From: Methylobacter sp. S3L5C
GTDB taxonomy: Bacteria > Pseudomonadota > Gammaproteobacteria > Methylococcales > Methylomonadaceae
Direction: 5' to 3'
DNA length: 32,000 bases
NCBI RefSeq assembly: GCF_022788635.1
Contig: NZ_CP076024.1
Span: 3,541,503 to 3,573,502 of the forward strand
Part shown: positions 17,999 through 26,331 of the stretch, one piece after another
Layout of the letters: each line of letters starts with the position of its first letter
How positions within the stretch are numbered: the stretch's first letter is position 1
Program-made: the position numbers and the translations under genes
Notes under the pieces: model-generated
The model's input: the letters and a program-made list of their open reading frames with translations, nothing else
Told to the model about the DNA's origin: nothing
Database searches by the model: none

Positions 17999-19988
17999 CT
18001 AAAAGATTGGTATCGTCAGAATTTTTTAACGCAATTATTGCTTGCTTTGACTCAATGGCACGACGTAGTGGACTAAACGATTTATCATTACGTAATTTAA
18101 TTTGCGCACCGTCATCTACATCTGGATGCTCTAGTATGGAAACCAGTTCTAGCAAACGCTCAAAGGTATTTTTATGATATTCGTACCAACGATCTGCTCC
18201 TGACAGCCCTTCCTTTAACGCATTTTCTGCCGCCTGAAACAGCTGCTCAACTTTATTTAGTCGCGCTTTGATCCGTATAAGTTTTTCATTCTCGCCCTTT
18301 ATGCAGACTTGCTCATGGCAATTTAGACAATCCCTGTATTTTTCACAAGGAGTCATGGTGAAATCATGGACGCATACACCAAACTCCGTAACATGAACGG
18401 CACCTTTTTCCATGGTGTTGAATTCCTGAATGGTAATTGGCAGGAACTTGTCAATTTCACCCGATGGCCCGAACAGCGTCAGCGATGTGTCCAGCGCCTC
18501 AGCTTTGGCTACCATCTCGTACTCGCTCATGTGATTATAGGTACGGTTCTGCTTTTGATCCGCACGCCCCGACCATTTGGCAATTTCTAGCTGCGACAAG
18601 CCACCACGTTGGGCAAAAGTATTGAGCAAATGACGCGCTTGATGTGAGTTCAGCTTGATTTGCTTTCCATCAGCGGCAAGATAGCCGTGTCTATCGAAAA
18701 TACTCTGATGTGTACTACTTTTTAGGCTTTCTCTGGGAGACAAGTCATTGTTAACAACATTATGAGTAGGAGCCCAAAGAATTACTGGACTAACTCCACG
18801 GCCTGTGCCGATTAAATTTCTTCGCATACAGAATAAAGCATTGCTATACTTAATTTTTCTCTCCCGATTTATCCAAGGAAATCCTTCCGGTTGCCTTGAA
18901 AGTACATATTTCCAAAGACTCTTGAGAGTATGCACACCATCTTTCTGTTCCAATCCAAAATTGTTTAATGACGTACGACACTCCTTTGATGTGCCATTGG
19001 CTTGACCTAACGCTTGGCAAGCCTCCTTCATCGTAAGTGGATAATCATCGTCCAACTTTGGGCAGCACTCATGCCGATAAAATTTATCAGGATTTGTCTC
19101 AATCCACTTAGCAAGCTTTCTCGATTCCTCAGTTAATTTCATTAGCCGCTTGATCGCTTCTTTGGCAATACCTACCATTTCCGTTGGAATCCATTTTATA
19201 TCGCCACCAAATCCCTTTCCTGCGTAAAAACGCCACCCGTAGCGCGACACGCCCTTAGAATCAAACTCTTCCACCTCACAGTCAACGGGCAGTTCCAGCA
19301 CCTCTGTAATGCGGGATGGGGCGCACATTAGCATTGCGAACGCACAAGAAGTAAAAATATCTTTTGGTTCTGTTGAATCGGCGGCAAAGATTTCTGCCAT
19401 CGCTATTAGCGCTTCTTCAGAGGGTAACTTTTTTTCTCGCCGGGCTTTGGCTTTTTGTCCTGTTTGAGTTATATCGGTTTTACGTGCTATAGGATTTCTC
19501 CACCCGCCTAGATCCGCTGCAATCAGCTTTTTTGAAGTAACAAACTTAGCGAGTCGTTCCAACTCTCTGCCCCCATGATAATCAGCACCACTTAAGTAGC
19601 AGGCTCTCATGAGCTGCGATGCATTATCTAAAATGGGTATGGAAAGATTGTGAATGCTTGCAAGGACGCTACTTTGAAGCAATGCGGCTTCAATCGTCCG
19701 AAGTGCTTTCAGCTCGTTTTTAGCACCAGTTGGCTTATGTCCTTGTTGATACCGGAAGTAGGCTTTTGCAAAATCAATAAAATCATCATCCAATTTGTCG
19801 GCTTCATCTTTAGTGCGTGAATTAGCACCAGACTTGGTAAAGTTTCCAGCTTTAGGCCACCTCCAAGCATCCCAATCCAGATCATTACCAAAAACCGTTA
19901 GATCAGTTTCGCATTTGCTGATGAATTCCAGCAAATTACGTTCGGCATCAATTTCCGATTTCGGTTTAAAATGAAATAGTTCAGCCAT
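17961..19988 (-). CDS. Large tyrosine recombinase/integrase (third of trio, Tn554 TnpB-like size)
   Basis: Catalytic-domain landmarks CAPSRITEVLEL (Arg I), SHQARHLLNT (HxxRH) and DQKQNRTYNHM (Tyr), plus a Cys-rich stretch CVHDFTMTPCEKYRDCLNCHEQVC. The ATG overlaps the preceding gene by 8 nt. Confidence 0.85.
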   Translation of the reverse strand: MAELFHFKPKSEIDAERNLLEFISKCETDLTVFGNDLDWDAWRWPKAGNFTKSGANSRTKDEADKLDDDFIDFAKAYFRYQQGHKPTGAKNELKALRTIEAALLQSSVLASIHNLSIPILDNASQLMRACYLSGADYHGGRELERLAKFVTSKKLIAADLGGWRNPIARKTDITQTGQKAKARREKKLPSEEALIAMAEIFAADSTEPKDIFTSCAFAMLMCAPSRITEVLELPVDCEVEEFDSKGVSRYGWRFYAGKGFGGDIKWIPTEMVGIAKEAIKRLMKLTEESRKLAKWIETNPDKFYRHECCPKLDDDYPLTMKEACQALGQANGTSKECRTSLNNFGLEQKDGVHTLKSLWKYVLSRQPEGFPWINRERKIKYSNALFCMRRNLIGTGRGVSPVILWAPTHNVVNNDLSPRESLKSSTHQSIFDRHGYLAADGKQIKLNSHQARHLLNTFAQRGGLSQLEIAKWSGRADQKQNRTYNHMSEYEMVAKAEALDTSLTLFGPSGEIDKFLPITIQEFNTMEKGAVHVTEFGVCVHDFTMTPCEKYRDCLNCHEQVCIKGENEKLIRIKARLNKVEQLFQAAENALKEGLSGADRWYEYHKNTFERLLELVSILEHPDVDDGAQIKLRNDKSFSPLRRAIESKQAIIALKNSDDTNLLDDMAKLLGGGLG

Positions 19989-21522
19989 TTGCTAACTCAT
20001 CCCTTCGTATAGCGCATCGCTGTATCACATCGGCAATAGCAAGAATGCTACGATCATTGACGGCAGCTATTTGTTTGTCTCCAGTAAGCTCCAGTAGTCT
20101 TTCCCTTTCTGAGATTAATTCTTCGTAGGCGATTTCATGAGGGCCATCCAGCCATGGCTGGAAGTGCATACAGGTATAACAAGTAATTGGAATGCTTGCC
20201 CCACAAAATCCGTAACTCCCGCAAGACCCCAAGCCTTTTCCATCAACTTTAATGCGGCTATTGAGGTCGTTACCTCTTTTAGCATCAGCTTCCGAATCAA
20301 CAAGCACACCTGCAAAAGCTTGCGCGTAGGGGGCAAGGTAATGCCCAACAGCCTGATCCAGCTTTTCAACATGCTCAGGTATATTTTTGATATACACGCC
20401 GGCATTTTGTGTATCAGAATGATCAAGCAGTTCTGCAATAACCATTTCGCCAAAACCTTCTCTCGCGGCTCTGGTGCCTGTGGTATAGCGAAACCTAACG
20501 GGTGTAATATTCAGTAATTCCCCTGTACGTTCAGAATATATTCTTGCTTCATCGGCAATGTGCTTGCAGACCTCTGAAACTTTCACTGACTGAATATGCA
20601 ACAGATCAGTCTTCAGGGAATCCCTTAGCTGACGTGGAGAGTTAATTTTTGAAATCTCGCTCATGTCAGGAAATAGCGGCAATTCAACCCTATCCATCTC
20701 CTGCAACTTAAAACCAAGCACCTTCTCGACTGACTGAACTACATGCACTGTTTGTGCATTCAGTATCGCCCAGAGCTCTTGGGTAATGGCGAACTGCTTA
20801 AACTGGCCTCGAAATTCTGTAGCCCGCTGCTTTGCCCTTGGCATATTCAACAAATAAAAAGGTTCGCTCTTTTTGTTTGAACCGTTCAGGACGTCTTTTA
20901 ACCGCAAATGAGAAATTTGGATTGGGCGACGGCCAGTATTGCTAATCGCCAGTCCCAAGGCTAAGTCTGTTAGCGTAATTGTATCCCTTTCATAGGCTTG
21001 TATCGCGCCTTCATTAAATGCTTGTAGTTCAATGTCACTTAGAGGGCCTCTGACTGGATCAAGTCGCTTTATGACATCCCCTTTGATGTTTCCCTTGATA
21101 GTCCAGTCATCCAATAAATCGATAACATCATCAGATATTCCTTCATACCCAAGGTCATACCATTTTCTTAGGAAACCACGAATTGTACCTAAATACCATT
21201 CGGTATCTCTTGTAAGTTTAGCTCTGTAGTTAATTAATACCGTATCAGTGACAACTGATGCTTCCGTAATTCTGAGCATGTGTAAAAAATATATATTTAT
21301 ATTTCCTGTATGTGAAGCTGATAGATTGGACGCATAATAAGTCAACACCTTTATATAGCTTTTTGCTATTGAATTTTCTAGCAAGCAACGAACTGAACTT
21401 ACATGGGCTTTTGTGTTTTTATCTAACCGCCAATAATCATCATCTGGACAAAATAAATACCCTGCTTTAGAGAAAACTTGTTCTCTTGCAATGGTAATCT
21501 GCTTTTTATTTTCACTTTTCAT
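19981..21522 (-). CDS. Tyrosine recombinase family protein (second of trio, atypical box II)
   Basis: SNTGRRPIQISHLRL (Arg I), VRFRYTTGTRAA where HxLRHTxAT is expected, LLDHSDTQNAGVYIKN (His/Tyr), and a Cys-rich stretch CGSYGFCGASIPITCYTCMHF. It overlaps the first gene by 11 nt. Confidence 0.78.
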   Translation of the reverse strand: MKSENKKQITIAREQVFSKAGYLFCPDDDYWRLDKNTKAHVSSVRCLLENSIAKSYIKVLTYYASNLSASHTGNINIYFLHMLRITEASVVTDTVLINYRAKLTRDTEWYLGTIRGFLRKWYDLGYEGISDDVIDLLDDWTIKGNIKGDVIKRLDPVRGPLSDIELQAFNEGAIQAYERDTITLTDLALGLAISNTGRRPIQISHLRLKDVLNGSNKKSEPFYLLNMPRAKQRATEFRGQFKQFAITQELWAILNAQTVHVVQSVEKVLGFKLQEMDRVELPLFPDMSEISKINSPRQLRDSLKTDLLHIQSVKVSEVCKHIADEARIYSERTGELLNITPVRFRYTTGTRAAREGFGEMVIAELLDHSDTQNAGVYIKNIPEHVEKLDQAVGHYLAPYAQAFAGVLVDSEADAKRGNDLNSRIKVDGKGLGSCGSYGFCGASIPITCYTCMHFQPWLDGPHEIAYEELISERERLLELTGDKQIAAVNDRSILAIADVIQRCAIRRDELANG

Positions 21523-22765
21523 TACTTACCCCTTCAGGCACTCGAACCATTCCTTCCTGTAACTTCAGCGCCGCTTCATTTGCCTTCTTTTTCACAAAGC
21601 GCTTGTTATAGTGTATTGCTGATCCAGAGCCTTCCTTCCAACCCATAATATATGATCGCATTTTTTCTTGCTCTTCTTGGCTAGGAGGGTTATCCATTGA
21701 GTCCATTCGAATGGAAAATGCCTCATTCCATGTATGGCGTAATTGGTGGCCTGTGAGATTAAATAATGTGGGTGATGCTGTTCGTACAACCTCGATTACT
21801 TTTTTATAACCTGATTTTGAAAGAGGTTGACCTTGCGTTGGACCAGACTTATGGGTCACAAACAGAAAATCATTCTTGGTCGAATTAGGAATAATCTTCC
21901 TGCCATTAAGAATATAGTGATGAATTTCTTGTACTAAGGTATCTTTCATAGGAAGGCGACGATCCAGCGTTTTCACCAAAGGCTGATTTGTTCTAGGATC
22001 ATCTTTTTCGTCTGCCCTCCTGACAACGACTAGCTGGTTTTTACCAAAGTCAATGTCACGAATCCGAATATTCAAAAGCTCACCACCCCGTAAACCAAGG
22101 TAATAAAGCATCAAAAAGATTAACCGGTTTCTGATTCTGACTGACTCATCTGCAAATGGATTAAGTTCTGAGCCGGGTCTGAACATTTCAAAAAGTAAAT
22201 CCAGTTGTTTTTCATCCAAACCTTTCTCATCGCGCTCCATATTGCGATTCTTTTTTATGGGTCTTCTGGCTTTCAGACCTTTTTCCATTTTATCGATTTG
22301 CAATACGGTTAACCGATCCTTACTGCTGCCAAAAATTTGTTCGGCCAACCACTTGGTATATTGGGCGATAACAGTCAGTCTTACATATTCTGTTTGAGAG
22401 CTAACCTTCTCATTAAACTCCCGCAACTCTGAAAGGGTAAATATTCCGTTACTATTTTCTTTAGTCGTTTGGGTGCTAAATTTTATCTGGCAAAAATCTC
22501 TAAGCGCATCAAGTTCATGCTCCTTGAATAACTCTCCCTTTTGAAATCGATTTTCAATGTTCTCACCCCGTTCCTCCAGGTATCTCAACAAAACAGAAAC
22601 CCCACCCAAACTAGATTCCATTGATGAATAAGACAGCGATCTATTACGCGACTGAGTAGTAATAAACAGATTAGGATAGAACAATGGCAAACCCGTAAGA
22701 TTATCCACTAACAGGCAATATCGCTCCCCTGACACCATAACAAACGTTTTTATAACGCTCTTCAT
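21512..22765 (-). CDS. Tyrosine recombinase/integrase (first of trio)
   Basis: LMLYYLGLRGGELLNIRIRDID (Arg I), LTGHQLRHTWNEAF (HxLRH) and GWKEGSGSAIHYNKRF (Trp/His...Tyr). This is the classical phage-integrase catalytic layout. Confidence 0.88.
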   Translation of the reverse strand: MKSVIKTFVMVSGERYCLLVDNLTGLPLFYPNLFITTQSRNRSLSYSSMESSLGGVSVLLRYLEERGENIENRFQKGELFKEHELDALRDFCQIKFSTQTTKENSNGIFTLSELREFNEKVSSQTEYVRLTVIAQYTKWLAEQIFGSSKDRLTVLQIDKMEKGLKARRPIKKNRNMERDEKGLDEKQLDLLFEMFRPGSELNPFADESVRIRNRLIFLMLYYLGLRGGELLNIRIRDIDFGKNQLVVVRRADEKDDPRTNQPLVKTLDRRLPMKDTLVQEIHHYILNGRKIIPNSTKNDFLFVTHKSGPTQGQPLSKSGYKKVIEVVRTASPTLFNLTGHQLRHTWNEAFSIRMDSMDNPPSQEEQEKMRSYIMGWKEGSGSAIHYNKRFVKKKANEAALKLQEGMVRVPEGVSNEK

Positions 22766-22855
22766 TATCTGTATTACTCATAAAATTTACATTAGATATA
22801 TGGTATCACATAACTGATAAATATCAAATGAAAACTTTACAAAAAAAATCCCTAT

Positions 22856-22887
22856 GGAAACAAAAAAGCCTCTTATAACAGAGGCTT
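22856..22887 (-). terminator. Rho-independent terminator of ssb
   Basis: On the minus strand: AAGCCTCT-GTTATA-AGAGGCTT followed by TTTTGTTTCC. Perfect 8-bp stem (22866-22873 / 22880-22887), about 36 nt after the ssb stop. Confidence 0.7.
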
Positions 22888-22923
22888 ATCTACATTCTTT
22901 ACATAATGATATTAAGGTGTCCG

Positions 22924-23418
22924 TTAAAAGGGTATATCGTCATCAAAATCATCATAATTAGGGAGCGGAGGAGTCGATCCCGGATTATTTTGCTGTGCGG
23001 GTTGCTGAGGCTGGTATGCAGGTTTGGATGATGGTGCAGAATGCCCGCCCATCTGTGCTTGATCACCGCCAAAATTGCTGGTACCGCCACTACGACTGTC
23101 CAACATGTGCATTTCTGTGGCAATTATTTCGGTAGTATAGCGATCCAGTCCATCCTGCCCTTGCCATTTTCGCGTTTGCAAACGCCCTTCTACATAAAGC
23201 TGACTGCCTTTTTTTAAGTATTCACCGGCAATTTCAGCCAAACGGTTAAAAAAGACCACTCTATGCCATTCAGTAGATTCTTTTTTCTCGCCTGATTGTT
23301 TATCCTTCCACCTAAAATTAGTCGCCAAGGTTATGTTCGCTACAGCACCACCCGTTGGCATATAACGGACTTCAGGATCAGCACCCAACCGGCCAATTAA
23401 CGTTACTTTATTAAGCAT
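22924..23418 (-). CDS. ssb: Single-stranded DNA-binding protein
   Basis: [34 protein letters not shown]...[35 protein letters not shown], a Gly/Gln/Pro-rich linker and the acidic tip DDFDDDIPF. Confidence 0.96.
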   Translation of the reverse strand: MLNKVTLIGRLGADPEVRYMPTGGAVANITLATNFRWKDKQSGEKKESTEWHRVVFFNRLAEIAGEYLKKGSQLYVEGRLQTRKWQGQDGLDRYTTEIIATEMHMLDSRSGGTSNFGGDQAQMGGHSAPSSKPAYQPQQPAQQNNPGSTPPLPNYDDFDDDIPF

Positions 23419-23814
23419 ATATTCTCCTAAATTTTTAGTCTATTTATTAAAACGACTATTTGTCATTAAACTGTTAGCAGCCATTAAAAAATTTCTTTTT
23501 TCAGCGTATGTAATTTTGGTAAAAACTCATGGACCTATTATTTTAACGGTACATTCATGCTGATTATTCTGTAAAAGAAGGCTTGTTTTCAATTGTTAAA
23601 ACTTAACCTTTTACTATCCGCTTAAAAATATTACCAACCTGAATATTTATCTTTATGTCGTCTATAGTACCCGAACATACTCTTTTTTCTTAAAAAAATT
23701 ACACATTCAAGGACCCTTTCCAGCAGTTATTTTCCTCTTTACACTGAGTGACAAAATACTCAGCCCCTAAAATCTGATAAGATGGTGCAATTAACTCATA
23801 CGCAAACACATTCA

Positions 23815-24354
23815 ATGGCGCTTAAGTCAACCATCTATAAAGCCGACTGTCAGATAGCCAACATTGACAACGGTTATTACCAGCCACATAACCTGACCAT
23901 CGCACTGCATCCCTCCGAAACTGAAGAGCGCATGATGGTGCGTTTGCTTGCTTTCGTAGCCAATGCCCATGAATACCTGCAATTTTCCAAAGGCATGAGT
24001 ACTGATGATGAACCGGATCTTTGGCAGAAAAGCCTGACCGATGATATTGAACTATGGATAGATGTCGGTATGCCCGATGAAAAACGCATACGCAAGGCCT
24101 GCAGTCGGGCTGATAAAGTCATCATATACAGCTATGGCGGACGTAATAGCGTTTGGTGGAAACAAATTCAACCAAAACTGGAACGCTTTAATAATTTAAC
24201 AGTCGTAAACCTGCCTAAATCGGCAACTGATCAGCTTGGCTTGTTAATAAAACGGGTCATGCAATTACAAATCAGCCTTCAGGATGGACAAATTTGGGTC
24301 AGTGACGATCAACAAACCGCTCACATCGTGCCTGAAATATGGCTTAATTATTAG
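23815..24354 (+). CDS. yaeQ: YaeQ family protein
   Basis: MALKSTIYKADCQIANIDNGYY...LTIALHPSETEERMMVRLLAF parallels the E. coli YaeQ N-terminus. The start is taken at the Met of MALKST (23815) rather than the ORF-track start at 23782. Confidence 0.85.
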   Translation: MALKSTIYKADCQIANIDNGYYQPHNLTIALHPSETEERMMVRLLAFVANAHEYLQFSKGMSTDDEPDLWQKSLTDDIELWIDVGMPDEKRIRKACSRADKVIIYSYGGRNSVWWKQIQPKLERFNNLTVVNLPKSATDQLGLLIKRVMQLQISLQDGQIWVSDDQQTAHIVPEIWLNY

Positions 24355-24489
24355 CCTTGGTAACATGCACGACATACTTAAGTATTATTATCCACGCAAC
24401 CCTCGCCAACAAAAGAGGGAGTAAGACGTTTAGTGTGACATACCTTTCTTAACCCTGCTTTTTTTACCTTTACCCTTGAGAACAATACC

Positions 24490-26076
24490 TTGATTTCTAC
24501 AGCTAACATCACCATGCAGTTTGGGGCCAAACCCCTGTTTGAAAACGTCTCTGTCAAATTTGGCGACGGCAACCGTTACGGCCTGATCGGCGCAAATGGT
24601 TGCGGCAAGTCAACCTTTATGAAAATTTTGAGCGGCGATTTAGAGCCCTCAGCTGGCAACGTCAGCACCAGTCCCAATGAGCGACTCGGTAATTTACGTC
24701 AGGATCAATTTGCTTTTGAAGACTACCGGGTGTTGGACGTAGTACTGATGGGGCATGCGGAAATGTGGGCTGCCATGTCTGAACGTGACGCCATCTACGC
24801 CAATCTGGAAGCTTCCGAAGATGATTATATGCATGCCGCCGAACTTGAATCGGTGTTTGCAGAATACAACGGCTACACCGCCGAATCCCGCGCAGGTGAA
24901 ATACTGCTGGGACTGGATATTCCACTGGAACAACATACCGGTTTAATGAGTGCAGTTGCTCCCGGCTGGAAATTGCGGGTATTGTTAGCCCAGGCCTTGT
25001 TTTCCAATCCCGATATCATGTTGCTGGATGAGCCGACCAACAACCTGGACATCAACACCATTCGCTGGCTTGAAGACATACTGAATCAGCGTAATTGCAC
25101 CATGGTTATCATCTCGCATGATCGTCACTTTTTAAATAGTGTCTGTACGCACATGGCAGATATGGATTATGGTGAACTGCGTGTTTATCCCGGTAATTAT
25201 GACGATTACATGATAGCAGTTACCGAAGTTCGTGAGCGCTTACTGTCTGGAAACGCCAAGAAAAAAATTCAGATAGCCGAACTGCAAACCTTTGTCAGTC
25301 GCTTCTCGGCCAATGCTTCCAAAGCCAAACAGGCCACTTCACGTGCCAAACAATTAGATAAAATCAAACTGGATGAAGTTAAACCGTCCAGTCGGGTTAA
25401 TCCCTTTCTACGCTTTGAGCAAACTAAAAAATTGCATCGTTTGGCGCTGGAAGTTGAAAACCTCAGTAAAGGTTACGGTGAAGAGCCTTTATTTAAAAAG
25501 TTAAATTTAATGATTCCTGTTGGTGAGCGCGTTGCTGTTATTGGCCCCAATGGTATTGGTAAATCAACTTTATTGCGCACGCTGGTCGGTGAATTAGTCC
25601 CTGATGCCGGTGAGGTTAAATGGTCAGAAAACTCGGAAGTGGGTTATTTTGCCCAGGATCATTCCGAAGATTTTGCCGAAGATGCCACATTAATTGAGTG
25701 GATGAGTCAATGGCGAAAAGAATCTGACGATGATCAAGCCCTGCGCGGTACTTTGGGACGTTTATTATTTAGTGCCGACGACATCAATAAATCGGTTAAA
25801 GTCATCTCAGGTGGCGAACAAGGACGTATGATGTTTGGCAAGCTGATACTGCAAAAAAACAACATTATGGTGATGGATGAGCCCACTAACCATCTTGATA
25901 TGGAATCTATTGAGTCGTTAAATACTGCCCTGGAAAACTACCCAGGCACCTTGATTTTTGTCAGCCATGACCGTGAGTTTGTTTCTTCACTGGCGACGCG
26001 CATTATCGAACTAACGCCTAATGGCATCGTTGATTTTGCCGGCAATTATGAAGACTATTTAAATAGCCAGGCGTAA
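24490..26076 (+). CDS. ybiT: ABC-F family ATPase (YbiT-like), two ABC cassettes, no membrane domain
   Basis: Near-colinear with E. coli YbiT: [68 protein letters not shown], second cassette [19 protein letters not shown]-type, [12 protein letters not shown] start at 24490. Confidence 0.92.
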   Translation: MISTANITMQFGAKPLFENVSVKFGDGNRYGLIGANGCGKSTFMKILSGDLEPSAGNVSTSPNERLGNLRQDQFAFEDYRVLDVVLMGHAEMWAAMSERDAIYANLEASEDDYMHAAELESVFAEYNGYTAESRAGEILLGLDIPLEQHTGLMSAVAPGWKLRVLLAQALFSNPDIMLLDEPTNNLDINTIRWLEDILNQRNCTMVIISHDRHFLNSVCTHMADMDYGELRVYPGNYDDYMIAVTEVRERLLSGNAKKKIQIAELQTFVSRFSANASKAKQATSRAKQLDKIKLDEVKPSSRVNPFLRFEQTKKLHRLALEVENLSKGYGEEPLFKKLNLMIPVGERVAVIGPNGIGKSTLLRTLVGELVPDAGEVKWSENSEVGYFAQDHSEDFAEDATLIEWMSQWRKESDDDQALRGTLGRLLFSADDINKSVKVISGGEQGRMMFGKLILQKNNIMVMDEPTNHLDMESIESLNTALENYPGTLIFVSHDREFVSSLATRIIELTPNGIVDFAGNYEDYLNSQA

Positions 26077-26094
26077 GAAAACCTCCAAAATCTG

Positions 26095-26149
26095 TAGGGT
26101 GTGCCGCGCGCTAAAGGTACTATAAGATACGCGCTCACAGTACACCCTA
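26095..26149. repeat. Imperfect extragenic palindrome downstream of ybiT (possible terminator or REP-like element)
   Basis: TAGGGTGT (26095-26102) pairs with ACACCCTA (26142-26149), with inner GCGCG/CGCGC pairing. It starts 19 nt after the ybiT stop and has no T tract. Confidence 0.3.
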
Positions 26150-26331
26150 TGCCCTGCATCATATTAGTTGATAACCAATAGTTTCATATTCTTTTGGTTT
26201 TGATGCATCAACTGATGTCTCCAAGATGATAGACTACATAAAAAACAGACCCCAATATTTATGGATGGCTATTGGGAGTTTTCGTCAATCACCACAATTC
26301 CTGTTTATCCCTTATGACTTCTCAAACGATA

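Larger units (their letters stand above)
6137..22855. mobile_element. Putative integrative defence island of about 16.7 kb; exact ends not mapped
   Basis: Every gene is on the minus strand. Three tandem tyrosine-recombinase genes sit at the right edge, directly after the ssb terminator. The cargo is made up only of restriction/defence genes. Composition falls into three blocks that differ from each other. Housekeeping genes flank both sides. Confidence 0.5.

Noticed and set aside
12668-22765. Phase-variable hsdS shufflon driven by the nearby tyrosine recombinases
   Set aside because: Only one hsdS gene is present. I found no silent or inverted hsdS half-genes or TRD-flanking inverted repeats. 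The recombinases are organised as an integration module at the island edge.
17339-22860. 9-bp inverted match TTTCCATAG (17339-17347) / CTATGGAAA (22852-22860) as terminal inverted repeats of a stand-alone recombinase element
   Set aside because: A single 9-mer match between two AT-rich regions of a few hundred bp is about what chance predicts, and the flanking bases do not extend the match.
23419-23781. LexA/SOS box in the ssb upstream region
   Set aside because: I scanned for CTGT-N8-ACAG. Only isolated CTGT half-sites are present (for example ACTGTTAGCAGCC), with no matching ACAG half.
26272-26331. N-terminal extensions created by alternative start codons in the ORF track (selO 26272, hsdM 10195, yaeQ 23782, creA 3977, hsdR 17172)
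   Set aside because: The extensions start at TTG or GTG, or add residues not seen in known family N-termini. Internal ATGs give N-termini that match family consensus or give stop/start coupling.
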